Assembly: GCA_964016885.1 (NCBI GenBank)
Contig: OZ024741.1
Span: 161,014,001-161,078,000 of the forward strand
Origin: Eledone cirrhosa
Lineage: Eukaryota
Length of the DNA stretch: 64,000 nt
Reading direction: 5' to 3'
Below the pieces are notes generated by a model that searched no databases, had not been told where the DNA came from, and saw only the letters and a program-made list of their open reading frames with translations. A program made the translations under genes and the position numbers. Below are positions 27,933 through 40,809 of the stretch, piece after piece (positions within the stretch are counted from its first letter, which is position 1; each line of letters begins with the position of its first letter).

Positions 27933-28300
27933 GGACAAAATGAAAACACACACAGGACAAAATGAAAACACACACATAGAACAAACAACTTACAATTAAG
28001 GACAAAATGAAAACACACACAGGACAAAATGAAAACACACACACACATAGAACAAACAACTTACAATTAAGGACAAAATGAAAACACACACAGGACAAAA
28101 TGAAAACACACACACACATAGAACAAACAACCAACCAACAATAAATAAATAAATAAATAAACAAATAGATAAATGAACACAAACACACACAGACACCCGG
28201 ATGTGGCGCATGCGCAAACTGAGCACACAACACACACACAGAAATAAAATGGCGTAGGATAGAAGAAAGGAAAGGCACAGAAACAAAGAAAGGAATCCCC

Positions 28301-28345
28301 AGTCACTGAAGAGGTCACAGAGTGTGTGACGAAAGGACTATGACT
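28301..28345 (+). ncRNA. Minimal hammerhead-like motif in the PLE 3' terminal repeat
   Basis: agtca-CTGAAGA-g-gtcaca-gagtg-tgtgac-GAAA-ggac-TA-tgact; stems I and II pair. PLE terminal repeats are known to carry minimal hammerheads. Confidence 0.65.
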
Positions 28346-28543
28346 ATATATAAACAACTATCTGGTTGTGGAACCAACCAACCAACCAGAAATTTATAAG
28401 TTTGTAGATTTGTAAATTTATAAATTTATAAATATATAATAAATTGAAGTGAAAGCAACTGGTGCGTGTGTTTCTTATTGGCAACATGGCCCTCCCAAAG
28501 TATAACAATATATTTATATATATATATATTTATATATATATAG

Positions 28544-28658
28544 TTGAAATAAAAGGAAAACGAAATTTCATTTCTCACTCTTAGTACGGCACTTACTTAA
28601 ATGTAAGTATGTGTGTATACGTACATACATATATGTACACAGACGTACAGTAGCATGC

Positions 28659-28739
<81 letters not shown>

Positions 28740-29021
28740 TACATATACATACAGGTACACATACATATATGCACGTATCAGTTTAGCGGACGCTTATTAT
28801 AACGCCGCTTTGTTCGTTTGTAAACAAACTGAACAGCCTGATTTTTATGCCGTACGGTGTTAAGGCGTTATAATAAGCGTCCGCTAAACTGATATGTGCA
28901 TATATGTATGTGTACCTGTATGTATATGTATATATGTATATATATATATATGTATGTATATATGCATGCTACTGTACGTCTGTATACATATATGTATGTA
29001 CGTATACACACATACTTACAT
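28544..29021. mobile_element. Second, fold-back copy of the 20429-21155 non-coding element (lacks the hammerhead)
   Basis: High similarity to 20429-20742 and 20947-21155; inverted arms at about 28601-28806 and 28864-29021. Confidence 0.8.
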
Positions 29022-29080
29022 ATATATATATATATTTATGTATATATATATTTATATATATATATTTATATATATATATT

Positions 29081-29118
<38 letters not shown>

Positions 29119-29259
29119 TATATATATATATATTTATATATATATATATTTATATATATATATATTTATATATATATATATTTATATATATATATATTTA
29201 TATAAGGAGGACAAGATAGACATAATTGAAATGCCTTTTTATGTCTACTTTATTCGATG

Positions 29260-29582
29260 AAGGCACATGGTATAGTGGTTGGTATGTTGGACTCAGGGTT
29301 GTAAGGTCGTGAGATTGATTCCTGGACCTGGTGGCGTGTTGAATCCTTGGACATGACACTCCATTTCACATTGCTCAAGTACACTCAGCTGGCAAAAGTG
29401 GGTTGTGTCTGTAATTCAAGGGGCCAGTCTTGTCATATTATATTATGCTGAATCTCACTGAAAAGGGATATTCAGAACATCTGTGCATTGCTCAGCCACT
29501 AACATTTTAATTTCGCAAGCAGGAAATTGATTGAATCATCTGGAACACTCATTGTTGGAAATGAAGGAGGTCCAACAACAAC
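29260..29582 (+). mobile_element. tRNA-derived SINE (family 2) with (CAA)n tail
   Basis: A-box tggtatagtggtt, B-box-like gattgattcc, CORE-like tccttggacatgacact segment. Confidence 0.6.
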
Positions 29583-29989
29583 TTTATTAGAGGTGACTTG
29601 GGGCTAAACAACAACAAAGCATGTTATTACATTGTGCCCCCTCTTCTTAAAATACATTATACATATCCCCCATAGTACATTTAAGGGGATGAATAATTTA
29701 TTAACTCTTAACATCCTGTAATGATTTAGCAGAAAATATCCAAAATCTGCTTTGTTAATTCAAAAGTTTATAGTATCTTTAATAGTGGACAGATCATTGT
29801 GAAAATTTGCAGTATTAGACAAAAGACTTTGATTTTTAATGTGATGCAACCATAGTGCTATTTTTGTGCTTTTCAAGAATATCTTGCTCATGTGGTTTGT
29901 TAATAGTATCTTTACTGGTGGATAGATTATTGTGAACATACACATACATATATATATATATATACACATACATATATATACACACATCC

Positions 29990-32894
29990 CGACAACCACT
30001 TGATCACCTATAGATCAGGGGAGCATTCTAGTTAGATAGATTTTATCCTCATCAGAGGACGTGAGAGATGGACAGTCGTAAACACAAAAGCCTTCCCTAG
30101 TGAAGAATGTACCTCCCAACATAGCTTAGTTGTCAGCGACCTCACGGTCAGAACTAGACGAACCTGGAAACAGAGGCCAACTTGGAGAAGAAAGATCTGG
30201 AAGCTGAAAGATCCCTCAGTCAGTAACAGATTTAAAGATATTTTACTCAACGCCTACAACAGTAAAGAAGAACAGATAGAGACATTCGATGTAGAAAAGC
30301 ACTGGGAGTTCCTAAAAAATAACTTACTAGAGGCGCCGGATGAGATCTGTGGCTGGAGTAAGACCACAGGTAGGAGGAGAGTGACTTGGTGGTGGAACAA
30401 TAAGCTAGATGAGGCAGTTAAGGCCAAGAGAGAGGCATGGAAAAAATGGAAGAACAGGAGAAGCAGGGTACATTACATAGACACCAGGAGGGAAGCTAGG
30501 CGACAAGTATACTTAGCTAGGAGGGAAGCAGAGGATAGAAAATTCAAGCATGTTTTGCAACGTGAGGACCAGAAACAGGAGGTGTTCAAGATTGCGAGGC
30601 AGTGTATCAGAGAGAATTGTGATGTCATTTGCGAGAAGTGTATCCGGAATGATAAAGGTGAGCTTGCCCTCACAAGTGCTGAGAAGAAAGATGCATGGAA
30701 GAGCCATTATGATAGATTACTAAACGAGGAGAATGCATGGGAAGAAGAGACCCTACCCCAAGTAGACCCTATAGAGGGGCCGGCAGTACAAGTCAGCAGC
30801 AGCGTAGTAAGTAAGGCAATCAAAGATATGAAGACGGGGAAGGCAACCGGTCCATCGGGTATAGCTGCCAAGATGCTGAAGGCATCTGGGTCGGTAGGTC
30901 ACACTATAACCACACGTATTGTTAACCCGGTAATACTAGAAGGAATATACCAAAGGATTGGTGCAGTAGCATCATTGTCAACTGCTACAAAGGTAAAGGT
31001 GATGCACTAGATAGAGGAAACTATAGAGGTATAAAGCTGATGGACCAGGTCATGAAAGTAACAGAAAGAGTTATAGCACAGTTGATTAAGGACCGGGTGA
31101 AACTAGATGAGATGCAATTTGGGTTTGTACCAGGAAGACGCACCACTGATGCCCTCTTCCTTGTGAGGCAGTTACAGGAAAAGTACCCAGCTAAAAGTAA
31201 GCCACTCTACCTGGCATTCGTCGATCTCGAGAAAGCCTTTGACAGAGTTCCCCATGCTATAATCTGGTGGGCTCTTAGAAAACTAGGAGTAGATGAATGG
31301 CTTGTGAAAGCTGTACAAGCCATGTATAGGGGAGCAGTCAGCAAAGTTAGGATTAGCAATGAGTATAGCGAGGAATTTAGCGTACAGGTCGGTGTCCACC
31401 AGGGCTCTGTTCTTAGCCCTCTCCTGTTCATCATAGTCATGCAGGCAATAACGGAGGAGTTTAAGACCGGATGCCCATGGGAACTCCTGTATGCTGATGA
31501 CCTCGCACTCATAGCTGAATCTATGGTAGAACTAGAGAATAAATTCCAAACCTGGAAGCAGGGACTAGAGAGAAAGGGTCTCAAAGTCAACATGACCAAG
31601 ACTAAGGTCCTTGTAAGTAGACGAGAAAACAGAACCCAGATCCCCTCGGGGAAATGGCCTTGCTCAGTATGTAGGAAAGGTGTAGGTAGGAACTCGATTC
31701 TCTGCCCCAAATGCAAACAATGGGTACACAAGAGATGTAGCGGGATGTCAGAAGCTTAAATAAGAATGTAGGCTTCACATGTAGCAGCTGTGCTGGGACA
31801 GCAAGCAGCCACAGGAAACAAGTACCACCAATCTCCGGGAGGGCTCTGTAGAAACAGTAGACAGCTTCTGCTACCTAGGTGACTGAACTAACAGCGGAGG
31901 TGGGTGTTCAGAAAGTACAATAACTAGGGTAAGAACGGGATGGAAGAAGTTCAAGGAGCTACTGCTACTGCTAGCTGCAAAAGGCTTTTCCCTCAAAATG
32001 AAAGTCAGACTGTATGATGCATGCATACGAACAGCAATGTTATATGGTAGTGAGACCTGGGCGCTGAATGTGGAAGACTTGCGTAGATTAGAAAGAAACG
32101 AAGCCTGCATGCTCCGATGGATGTGTAAAAAGGGACATTCAGAACATCTGTGCATTGCTCAGCCACTAACATTTTAATTTCGCAAGCAGGAAATTGATTG
32201 AATCATCTGGAGCACTCATTGTTGGAAATGAAGGAGGTCCAACAACAACTTTATTAGAGATGACTTGGGGCTAAACAACAACGAACGGCAAAGCATAAAT
32301 GAATTGAGAGAGAGACTGAGCATAAGAGGAATCAAATGCTGTGTGCAGGAGAGGCGGTTGCGTTGGTATGGACATGTGATGCGTATGAAGGATGACAGCT
32401 GCATAAAAAGGTGCAGAGCACTAGAAGTCGATAGAAACCGCAGAGTGGGGAGACCAGAGACGACCTGGGATGAGGTGATAAAAGCCGACTTTACCCAATT
32501 ACACCTCTCAAAGGTGATGACACACGACCGTGACCTCTGGCGTCACGCAGTAATACAGAATACCCGACCCCCACGGGTACAAGCCGAAGCTGAAGCATAT
32601 AGAAAATATGCCCCCCACACCCTCCCACTGCAAAGTGGTCGTGGAGGTGCCACGGCAAAAAAGCACCCAGCCCACACTGTAAAGTGGACGTGTAGGCGCC
32701 ACGGCAAAAAAGCACCCAGCAGTCACTGTAAATGAGGTTGGTGTTAGGAAGGGCATCCAGCTGTAGAAATCAAGCTAGAATCAGTTCCTGTATGAGCAAA
32801 ACAAGGTCAGCCGACCGGACACTGCCCACAACAGGACAACCTGTCTAACCCATGCTAGCCTAGAAGATCGGACGTAAAACGGTGATGATGATGA
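29990..32894 (+). mobile_element. 5'-truncated RTE LINE with frameshifts, stops and a 155-bp insertion
   Basis: ORFs 30381-31010, 31040-31759 and 32265-32735 are homologous to the 13471 RTE; gacgtaaaacggtgatgatg tail. Confidence 0.93.
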
Positions 32895-33974
32895 GTTGTA
32901 GTAAATTAAAGACTTTAATTTTACATGTAATGCAGCTACAGTGTTATTTCGTACTTTGAAAGAATGTCTTGCTTATGTGGTTTCATGTAGTACAGGATGT
33001 TAAGAGTTAAATATCCTTCTTGGTTATGGATACTGCCCTGTGATATGGATCATTGACTCTTCTTCCCACCAACACCTTACCTTTTGGTGTGAGATATGTT
33101 ACCTGGAAATGGTCCATAAATGCCATAACTATTTAAAAACTTCATAATTATTTTTTACCAATCTTAATTTTTATTTTAGATTTTGAAAATATGTAAACTG
33201 GAAATTTCCCATAATAAATTTCCAGGAATCATATTTTCAAAATCTGAAATAAAAATTAAAATTAGATTATTGGTAAAAGAAATAGTTATTACATTTTTAA
33301 ATAGTGAAGTTATTATTGAGTCACATTTCACAGAAACCCAGTTAATCATTTTAAGATTGTATTTTTAATGAAATACATATTTTAATTAATTAATGATAAA
33401 TTTGGTGGATTTTAATAAAATTGTTAATTGTTTCATTAAGATGGTATATGTAACAAAAAGTGCCTATATAAAATTATGTTAGAAGGTGTTAATTTAAATT
33501 GAGATCTTTAACCCAATTGATACCTACCCAGCCAAAACCAGCTCTGGTTCTATGAAACAAAACCACCCACTTTAAAAGGGTTTCTATTTAAACTTAAATA
33601 TTTCAACATAATTTAATATAAGAACTATACATTAAGTTACTATATTAGTAATAATTTTAGTAAATTTCTCAAAATTCTTCATAAATTAATTAAAACAGAG
33701 CGTATTTCATTAGAATTATGGTCACAAAAGGGTTAGAATAAATGGTTTTGTTTCCTAAAAGCAAAGGTGGTTTGGGGCAGTTTGATATAAAAAAAAATTA
33801 GGAACTAATTTGTTATATATCTCTCTTATCTCTTAGCACTTTAAAAAAATGTTTACACTCTTTCAACTTAGCAGTTAGATATATATACTTTTAAATTATT
33901 TTTAACCCTTTCATTACCATATTTCTAAACCTTGATGATATCACCCAATATTTCGACAGCAGATGGACATTGCC

Positions 33975-34601
33975 AGACAACAACACTTCCTGTTGGGATC
34001 AATGTCCCAGACAACTACTACAACACTTCTTTTTGTGATCAATGTCACACACAACTACTATAACACTTCCTGTTGTGATCAATGTCCCAGACAACTACCA
34101 CAACACTTCCTGTTGTGATCAATGTCTCAGACAACTACCACAACACTTCCTGTTGTGATCAATGTCACACACAACTACTATAACACTTCCTGTTGTGATC
34201 AATGTCCCAGACAACTACCACAACACTTCCTGTTGTGATCAATGTCTCAGACAACTACTACAACACTTCTTTTTGTGATCAATGTCACACACAACTACTA
34301 TAACACTTCCTGTTGTGATCAATGTCCCAGACAACTACCACAACACTTCCTGTTGTGATCAATGTCCCAGACAACTACCACAACACTTCCTGTTGTGATC
34401 AATGTCACATACAACTATCACAACACTTCCTGTTGTGATCAATGTCCCAGACAACTACCACAACACTTCCTGTTGTGATCAATGTCTCAGACAACTACCA
34501 CAACACTTCCTGTTGTGATCAATGTCACATACAACTATCACAACACTTCCTGTTGTGATCAATGTCACACACAGCTACCACAACATCTGTTGTGATCAAT
34601 G
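33975..34601. repeat. 40-bp minisatellite, about 15.5 copies
   Basis: Unit cagacaactaccacaacacttcctgttgtgatcaatgtcc; caacacttc recurs at 33981, 34021, 34061 and onward. Confidence 0.95.
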
Positions 34602-34624
34602 AATAATAAAAGATAGTAACTTAC

Positions 34625-35081
34625 ACTGTTTTATTTCCTCGCTTATATGAACTTCGATAAAGTCCACTTAAATCATCCCGTAGCTTCCCTGTGAAGTTCA
34701 TTCGTATATTGTATTCCTGGCCATCTTGCAAGGGTTCACTCAGATTGAAGATAAGGAACTGACGTTTTTTGTCAAAGGTGAAGTCCTTGACTGTTGGTAC
34801 ATTAGCGCTACTTTTAGAAGATAAATCCACTGAGCTTTCGTTGATCTCCAGCAAGTGGCTGTGTAAAGTGATGTTGGTGCAGTTGTTCAAACATTTCATG
34901 TTAATGTTGACATAACCATCAAAAGTGAAATTTTCTGGAGCCCCTTCATAGATATATGGTTGAAGTTCCACATCATAGACAATGGGTATAATTGAAGTGG
35001 GTAAACGCACATCTTTCACACGTTCTGTCTTATTTGACTCCTTTTCGGGTGCTTCAGTAGACTCTTCAGCACATGTGTCAC
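34625..35081 (-). CDS. Internal exon of an M1-family aminopeptidase (aminopeptidase N-like), N-terminal domain
   Basis: DVRLPTSIIPIVYDVELQP...FDGYVNI..ITLHS..L.I...F.GKLRDDLSGLYRSSY; acceptor ttttctatacag before 35081 and donor GTAAGT at 34624-34619; frame open throughout. Confidence 0.88.
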
Positions 35082-35169
35082 CTGTATAGAAAATGAAATA
35101 TAAAACATGAACAACTCAATAGATTATGAGGATTATCTGAAAACAGCACAGAAAAATTATTATAGGCAG

Positions 35170-35970
35170 TGAGTCAAGACTGGAATGGGTGAAAAGGACA
35201 AAAATGAAACTCAAAAAGAGTATGTTGACCATATTAAAGGGAAACCTATGCATGGTCAGTTTTGGAAAGCCACTGAAGATGTACATGGAAAAAAATCCCG
35301 GACTTGGTTGACAAAGGGACAATTGAAAAAAGAAACAGAAAGCCTTATTGGAGAAGCTCAAGATCAAGCACTGCTAAAAAAAACAACTTGAGAAAATATG
35401 TGTATGGAGAGGAAGAATCAGCAAAATGTAGAGTATGTGAAATTTTGGATGAAACAGTGGCTCACATTGTTGCAGAATGCCCAAGTTAGCTCAAGGAGAA
35501 TATAAGAAATGAAGACATGATCAAGTTGTGAAAGTTTTAGATGGGAAGCTTTGTTAGAAATGGGAAGTTGAACGATTGGGTATAATGAGTGCTTGAGTCA
35601 GAAACTTGAAAGATTTTGTGAGATTTTCCTATTTAGAAAGATAAGATGGAACATAACAGGTCAGACATTCAGTATCAGACAAGATAAATCAAATTTGCAT
35701 GATGATAGACACATGATGTCCGTTTTACACTAGGAAGCAAATGAAAAGTAGGAAAATTACAACACCTTATTATTTAAGATTGCAAGAATTTAGAGTATAA
35801 ATCTGTAGAGATTGTGCCTGTGATAAACTGTGCATTTGGGACTGTGGGTGACGGAATAGACAAATTGATAAAGGAGATTGGAGTGGAGTGTCCTGTAGAG
35901 TTTCTACAGAAGGTTTTCCTCTTGGTAACAGGGAAGATCATCAGAAGGGAATGGTTTTGAGCACTTGATA
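35170..35970 (+). mobile_element. Degenerate RLE-type (R4/NeSL-like) non-LTR 3' fragment
   Basis: KPMHGQF, LKKETESLI.EAQDQAL, CCHC knuckle CRVC...ETVAHIVAEC, HNRSDI. Confidence 0.8.
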
Positions 35971-36699
35971 GCTTATTGAAATCTTGTGGCTGCTTAAGGT
36001 TACAGATAGTAACCTGCTACTTACAAAAGTTTAAAAAGAATAAGATCAATCCTGAGTCAAAAAAGAAGAAAATAATGATTTCTAATTTAAGCATAAAAAC
36101 AGCAATGGTGGTAGTGGGGGGTTAATTAAATCAACTCGATAATTGACTGGTAATTTATTTTATCGACCTTGGAAGGATGAAGGGGGGGGGGATTTGAACT
36201 CAGAATGTATAGAGCAACAACAAATACCAGGAAGCAATTAACTGGATGCTCTATCGATTTTGATAATAAAAGTTTGGAACCATTACTTGAACTGCTAAAA
36301 TTAACTCCCAATTATTACACACTACCATCTATGAAAATATGAAGTACACATTGAATAATGTGATCCTTGATATGCTATGTCTGAAGAAAAGAAGTTGGGA
36401 TGGGTTATGGTAATCGGAATGGCTTTGCTTAGTTTTATTGGAATAAGACTAACTTGTGACTTATCAAGCAGAAAATATATTCAAGGAACATAAAGCAGGT
36501 TTTGCAACTAGGATGGATATTGAAAAAGATAATTAATATTTGAATTTGTTGAAAAACATGTTTTTCTTTATTGATGATATACATGAGGTTTATCCCAAAA
36601 GTAAGGGTACTGATTCTCCTATGTATAGTATAGTAAGGCAACACCTTGTTGATGTATATAGTCATGTTGGTTATGACTTTGACTGCAAGTACATACTTG

Positions 36700-37155
36700 T
36701 TTCAGCATGATCGATGCACGAAAATATCGAACAATGACATGCGATCAAATTTTGTGTGAAACTCAACAAATATGCTGCCGAAACATTTAATTCTTTAAAA
36801 CAAGATTTGGAGTTGACACTCTATTGAGAATTAAGGTTTTTAAGAGGCACAAAGCTTTCAAAGAAGACCGAGAAAATGTTAAAGATGAACCTCATTCTGG
36901 AAGGCCAATCTCGTTAACAAATAAACAAAATGTGGAGGTGGGGTGAGCAGTGATGGCGAAACATCGCCGACTAAGTGTTAGTATGATTGCAGAAAACACA
37001 GGCTTGGATAAAAATGTAGTTCACAGAATTTTAACAGACCATTTGCACATACGAAAAATTTGTGCAAAACTAGTGCCCAAACACTTATCTGTGGAGCAAA
37101 ATGCGAACCGGTGGCAAATTTGTGAGGATTTGAGAGGGCGGTGGGATAACGAATA
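36700..37155 (+). mobile_element. Mariner transposase remnant
   Basis: AIKFCVKL, DEPHSGRP, RRLSVSMIA, HRILTDHLHIRKICAKLVPKHL. Confidence 0.85.
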
Positions 37156-39386
37156 ACTCACTTTCTTGAAAGCAACAATCTGCTGAACTCCAACCAACAT
37201 GTTAATCGACTTTCAGACCCAGTTTCATCTCAGAATGTATATATATCATCTGAACAACCACTAAGAGCGGAATGGGTTTATAAGCCCATCAAATACGTAT
37301 TTCCATGTAGTCGTTTAGATAATGAAATTGAGATCGTAAAAATGTTTATCACTTTTTCAATTTGCGGAGAAATCCGTATTTTCTGGCATGTTTACATATA
37401 TAAAATATGTACATCTATATAAACATTGGCATAGTCTCGGTTACCAACTCTGTATATATATATACACAGATATAGCTTCATTGTATACTTCGGCTACTTA
37501 GTACACTTCTTATGATATATCTTAATTAATTACCAACATGAGTGCTAATTATATACAAATTAGTACGTCCATTTCAGAATACACTATGCTCAGAAATTGA
37601 AGAGAGACTGTGTTACACTGTTTTCTGTAATCAGTAAAGTAATCCATGATACATTTAAAAAAGACGATATTATATATAAACTGCATTACTGTGAAATGTA
37701 ATGAAAAAGAGAAAATTAGCGACGGAAATATAAACGTTATGATATAACGATGCAAATATATGAACGTTTATATAAGAGATTTGATATAGCGTCCGTTATA
37801 CCATAACCGGAAGTATTGACATTTGAAAATTTTAAAAGAAGTGAATCTTAAAGTAAGCAATCATTATATATAAGAATATCCCGAGGTTAACTTTGCCTTT
37901 CATCCTTACGGGGTCGATAAAATAAAGTACCAGTAATGTACTGGGTTATTGCTGGCCTTGTGCCAAAAGTAGAAACAATTATATATAAGAATATTTATGT
38001 TTAATCAATAGCTACGAAATTTAGTACACAAAATTATGTAATATTCATTCATTATTTATTCAAAGTATTTTTTAGTATATTTTACTAACGGGATAAAAAA
38101 ATATATATTCAGGCCACAGTCCCGCAATCCTCCCTTTATTATATTATGATAAGCTTAGTATCGACAGCCACGAGAATAAGAACTCAATCTCATAGTTGAA
38201 ATTATTTTGTTACGCTGGAGCTGCTCCTGTGTTCATGCCTGGTGAACCTATGAATATGCAAAAGAAACTCCACTGTAACGATACTAAGTTTTGACCCGAA
38301 TAAAGAATATATGTATATATGTATCTATGTATAAGGGTGGTGCCCCAGCATGGTCTCAGCCGGATGGCTGGAACAAGTAAAAAAGTAATATATAAAGTGA
38401 ATAGGGTACAAGCAAAAAACTAGGCGAAACCCGTTGAAAATCGAAGAAAGATTAATTGCATTATATGGTATTTTACATGTGTTTCAATGCTGGTACGAAA
38501 GCGCCTACGAGAGCTGAAAGATTGTTGCATAATTCACTATCCCGCACTGCTTATTTACAATAGCATTTCATCAGAGATGTCTAAAGTAAAACGTTAGTTA
38601 ACATTAGAATAAGTAAATATAGAAATATATAGATGTACACCTTCCATGTGTACAGATTAATGAGGAGAGGAACACAAATTTCAGAGTAACCAATGGAATG
38701 TATTAGTAAGTCATTAGAGAAATGGGAGTGGCGACAAGTGGTTAGTGTATTCAGTAATAGTTAACTATTATCGTTATTATCGCAAGATGTGTAAAAGCTC
38801 TTAAGTTTATTGGTGGGAGATCAAAGAAAGACAGTAGGGTTTAAGTTCGGTCGGTAGCAGTCCGAAAGATATAAAATTCAATGAGTGAGATAAAAGGAAA
38901 GTAACATGACTGGAGTAACTGACTATGGCCCGTTGTAGGCGCCGGTTTTTAGATGTTAAAGAGAGTTAATAGATATGAGGTATCCATTGCTGTGACAAAA
39001 AAGTAAATGAAAAAAAATGAGAGATAAAAGAGAAATAGCGTACGCATGTTGGTATTACAGTAGAACTAGACACAGAGATGTAGGATCGAATCCTATGTTA
39101 TTGTGGATGGTATTTTGCGAAAGTTCTTTTGGTTCTATGCTGGCAGTTAAAATCTTGTCCTGCCTTGTGTTTAACAAATCCTTACCGGTCATAATTTCCA
39201 ATACTTCGGTAGCACAACGTTCGCAATTTTGCCTTTTCTATTGATAAGGCCGGGCGAATCTTAAAAACGACCACGATAGATATGTTCAGCAATATTAAGT
39301 TCAACTAACGTGAATACTACTTTGATCTCTTTCTTTGATCTTCCACCAATAAACTTAAGAGCTTTTACACCTCTTGTAATAATAAC

Positions 39387-39563
39387 TGTTTCTACTTTAG
39401 GCACAAGGCCAGCAATTACCCAGTGCATTACTGGTACTTTATTTTATCGACCCCGTAAGGATGAAAGGCAAAGTCAACCTCGGCGGGATTTGAACTCAGA
39501 TCGTAAAGGGACTTAACTATGCTGGAAAGCATGGCGTCCGACCCTCTACCGATACTGCCAATC
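39387..39563 (-). mobile_element. tRNA-derived SINE (family 1) with 19-bp TSD
   Basis: TSD cacctcttgtaataataac at 39368-39386 and 39564-39582; A and B boxes on minus. Confidence 0.9.
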
Positions 39564-39592
39564 CACCTCTTGTAATAATAACGAACTATAGT

Positions 39593-39906
39593 TACTCCTG
39601 GGTCTCAAATAATCACCCTACTCCACGCACTTATTAATTTTTTCGACCACCCTCGCTTATTAAATTTTACTAATTCATCTCCGGCAAAATTTTATTTTAA
39701 GTGGTAACATTTCTGCGACAATTAATTTTCTTTAGACATTAAAAACATTATACATGACAACTCTATATGTAAACTAAACGACTAATTCTGGTTTTCAAAA
39801 AATCAACGGAAACAACCTAGAAAAGTTTCCGATTTTCCAACACCGCGCTTATTCCAAATTCCCCACTTATTTCACCCCATCCCCTATTATTTGGGACCCA
39901 AGAGTA
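39593..39906. mobile_element. Tc1/mariner-type MITE, TA target duplication
   Basis: TIRs tactcctgggtctcaaataat / attatttgggacccaagagta; the empty site gttaac is visible in the inverted paralogous arm near 38760. Confidence 0.8.
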
Positions 39907-40809
39907 ACCAATTACTGAATACTCTAACCACTTGCCGCCACTCCCATTTCCTCTAATGACTTACTAATACGTTCCATTGGTTACTCTGAAATTTTTGTTC
40001 TCCTCATTAATCTGTACACGTGAAAGGTGTACATCTATGTATTTCTATATTTACATATTTACTTATTCTAGTGTTAAATTTGCATGATTATTATCCGATT
40101 AATATGCTGATAAATTCTTTGATGAGGTGCCTCTCTGCGTGCCGGAATTGTTATATAAACGTGACATGGACCACTGAGCTTTAGTTCTATTTTAGACATC
40201 TCTGATGAATGCTATTGTTAAATTACTCCGTAAAATCTCCTTAGAACCTATATATATATGTGTGTGTGTGTGTATAACCCAACTCATGCCAGCATGGAAC
40301 GTGGGCTAGTATTTCAAGATCTCTATCCACCATCGGTGACATTTACTCATTCAACAAGTCCACATTATATGCAAATTATCATCTCCAGGTCTGAGTGGTA
40401 AGTGATTAAACGTCACTGATGATGGATAAAGATCCTAAAATACTAATATTTAGCATTCTCACACTGTTACTGGGGTAGCTATGATATGAACACAGCGTAA
40501 AGTACCCACAGTCAGACTTATGTATATTTACTATGCATAAGCATATTGTATATGCTTCCATATACGCCTCTCTCTTTCTCTCTTTCTCTCATTCTCTGTA
40601 TATATATTACACACATACAGACACACACACGTGTGTGTATTAGATAGACATCCATCAGTTCCGACAAACAGCTGTTCGCACAACAGAACAATCATCTCGG
40701 GAAAATTCAGTGTAACACAGATTGTGATATATATATATACGAACTATGAAACGACGCCGTAAGGAAAATAATAGGTTTTCCATCTTAAAGTATGTGCTTT
40801 TTTCTGGGC

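Larger units (their letters stand above)
23689..28511 (+). mobile_element. Penelope-like retroelement (C-terminal GIY-YIG) with inverted terminal repeats
   Basis: Left arm 23689-24364 is the near-identical reverse complement of 27761-28511, which includes the ORF end and 71-bp tandem units; located in (TA)n. Confidence 0.93.
38460..40230 (-). mobile_element. Old 5'-truncated PLE remnant with inverted terminal repeats
   Basis: Minus frame near 39160-39280 reads WSFLRFARPYQ*KRQNCERCATEVLEIM...LLNTR, resembling a PLE endonuclease C-terminus. 38550-38832 is inverted-homologous to 39325-40230. Hammerhead-like CTGATGA-aatgct...agcatt-GAAA-cacatg-TA on minus at 38474-38573. Confidence 0.6.

Noticed and set aside
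33105-33135. Possible minus-strand micro-exon near 33080-33110 (ttccag/gtaagg)
   Set aside because: About 22 nt with no recognisable aminopeptidase sequence; could be chance.
33975-34601. CRISPR-like array of hairpin repeats
   Set aside because: Contiguous tandem units with no unique spacers, eukaryotic context and no cas genes.
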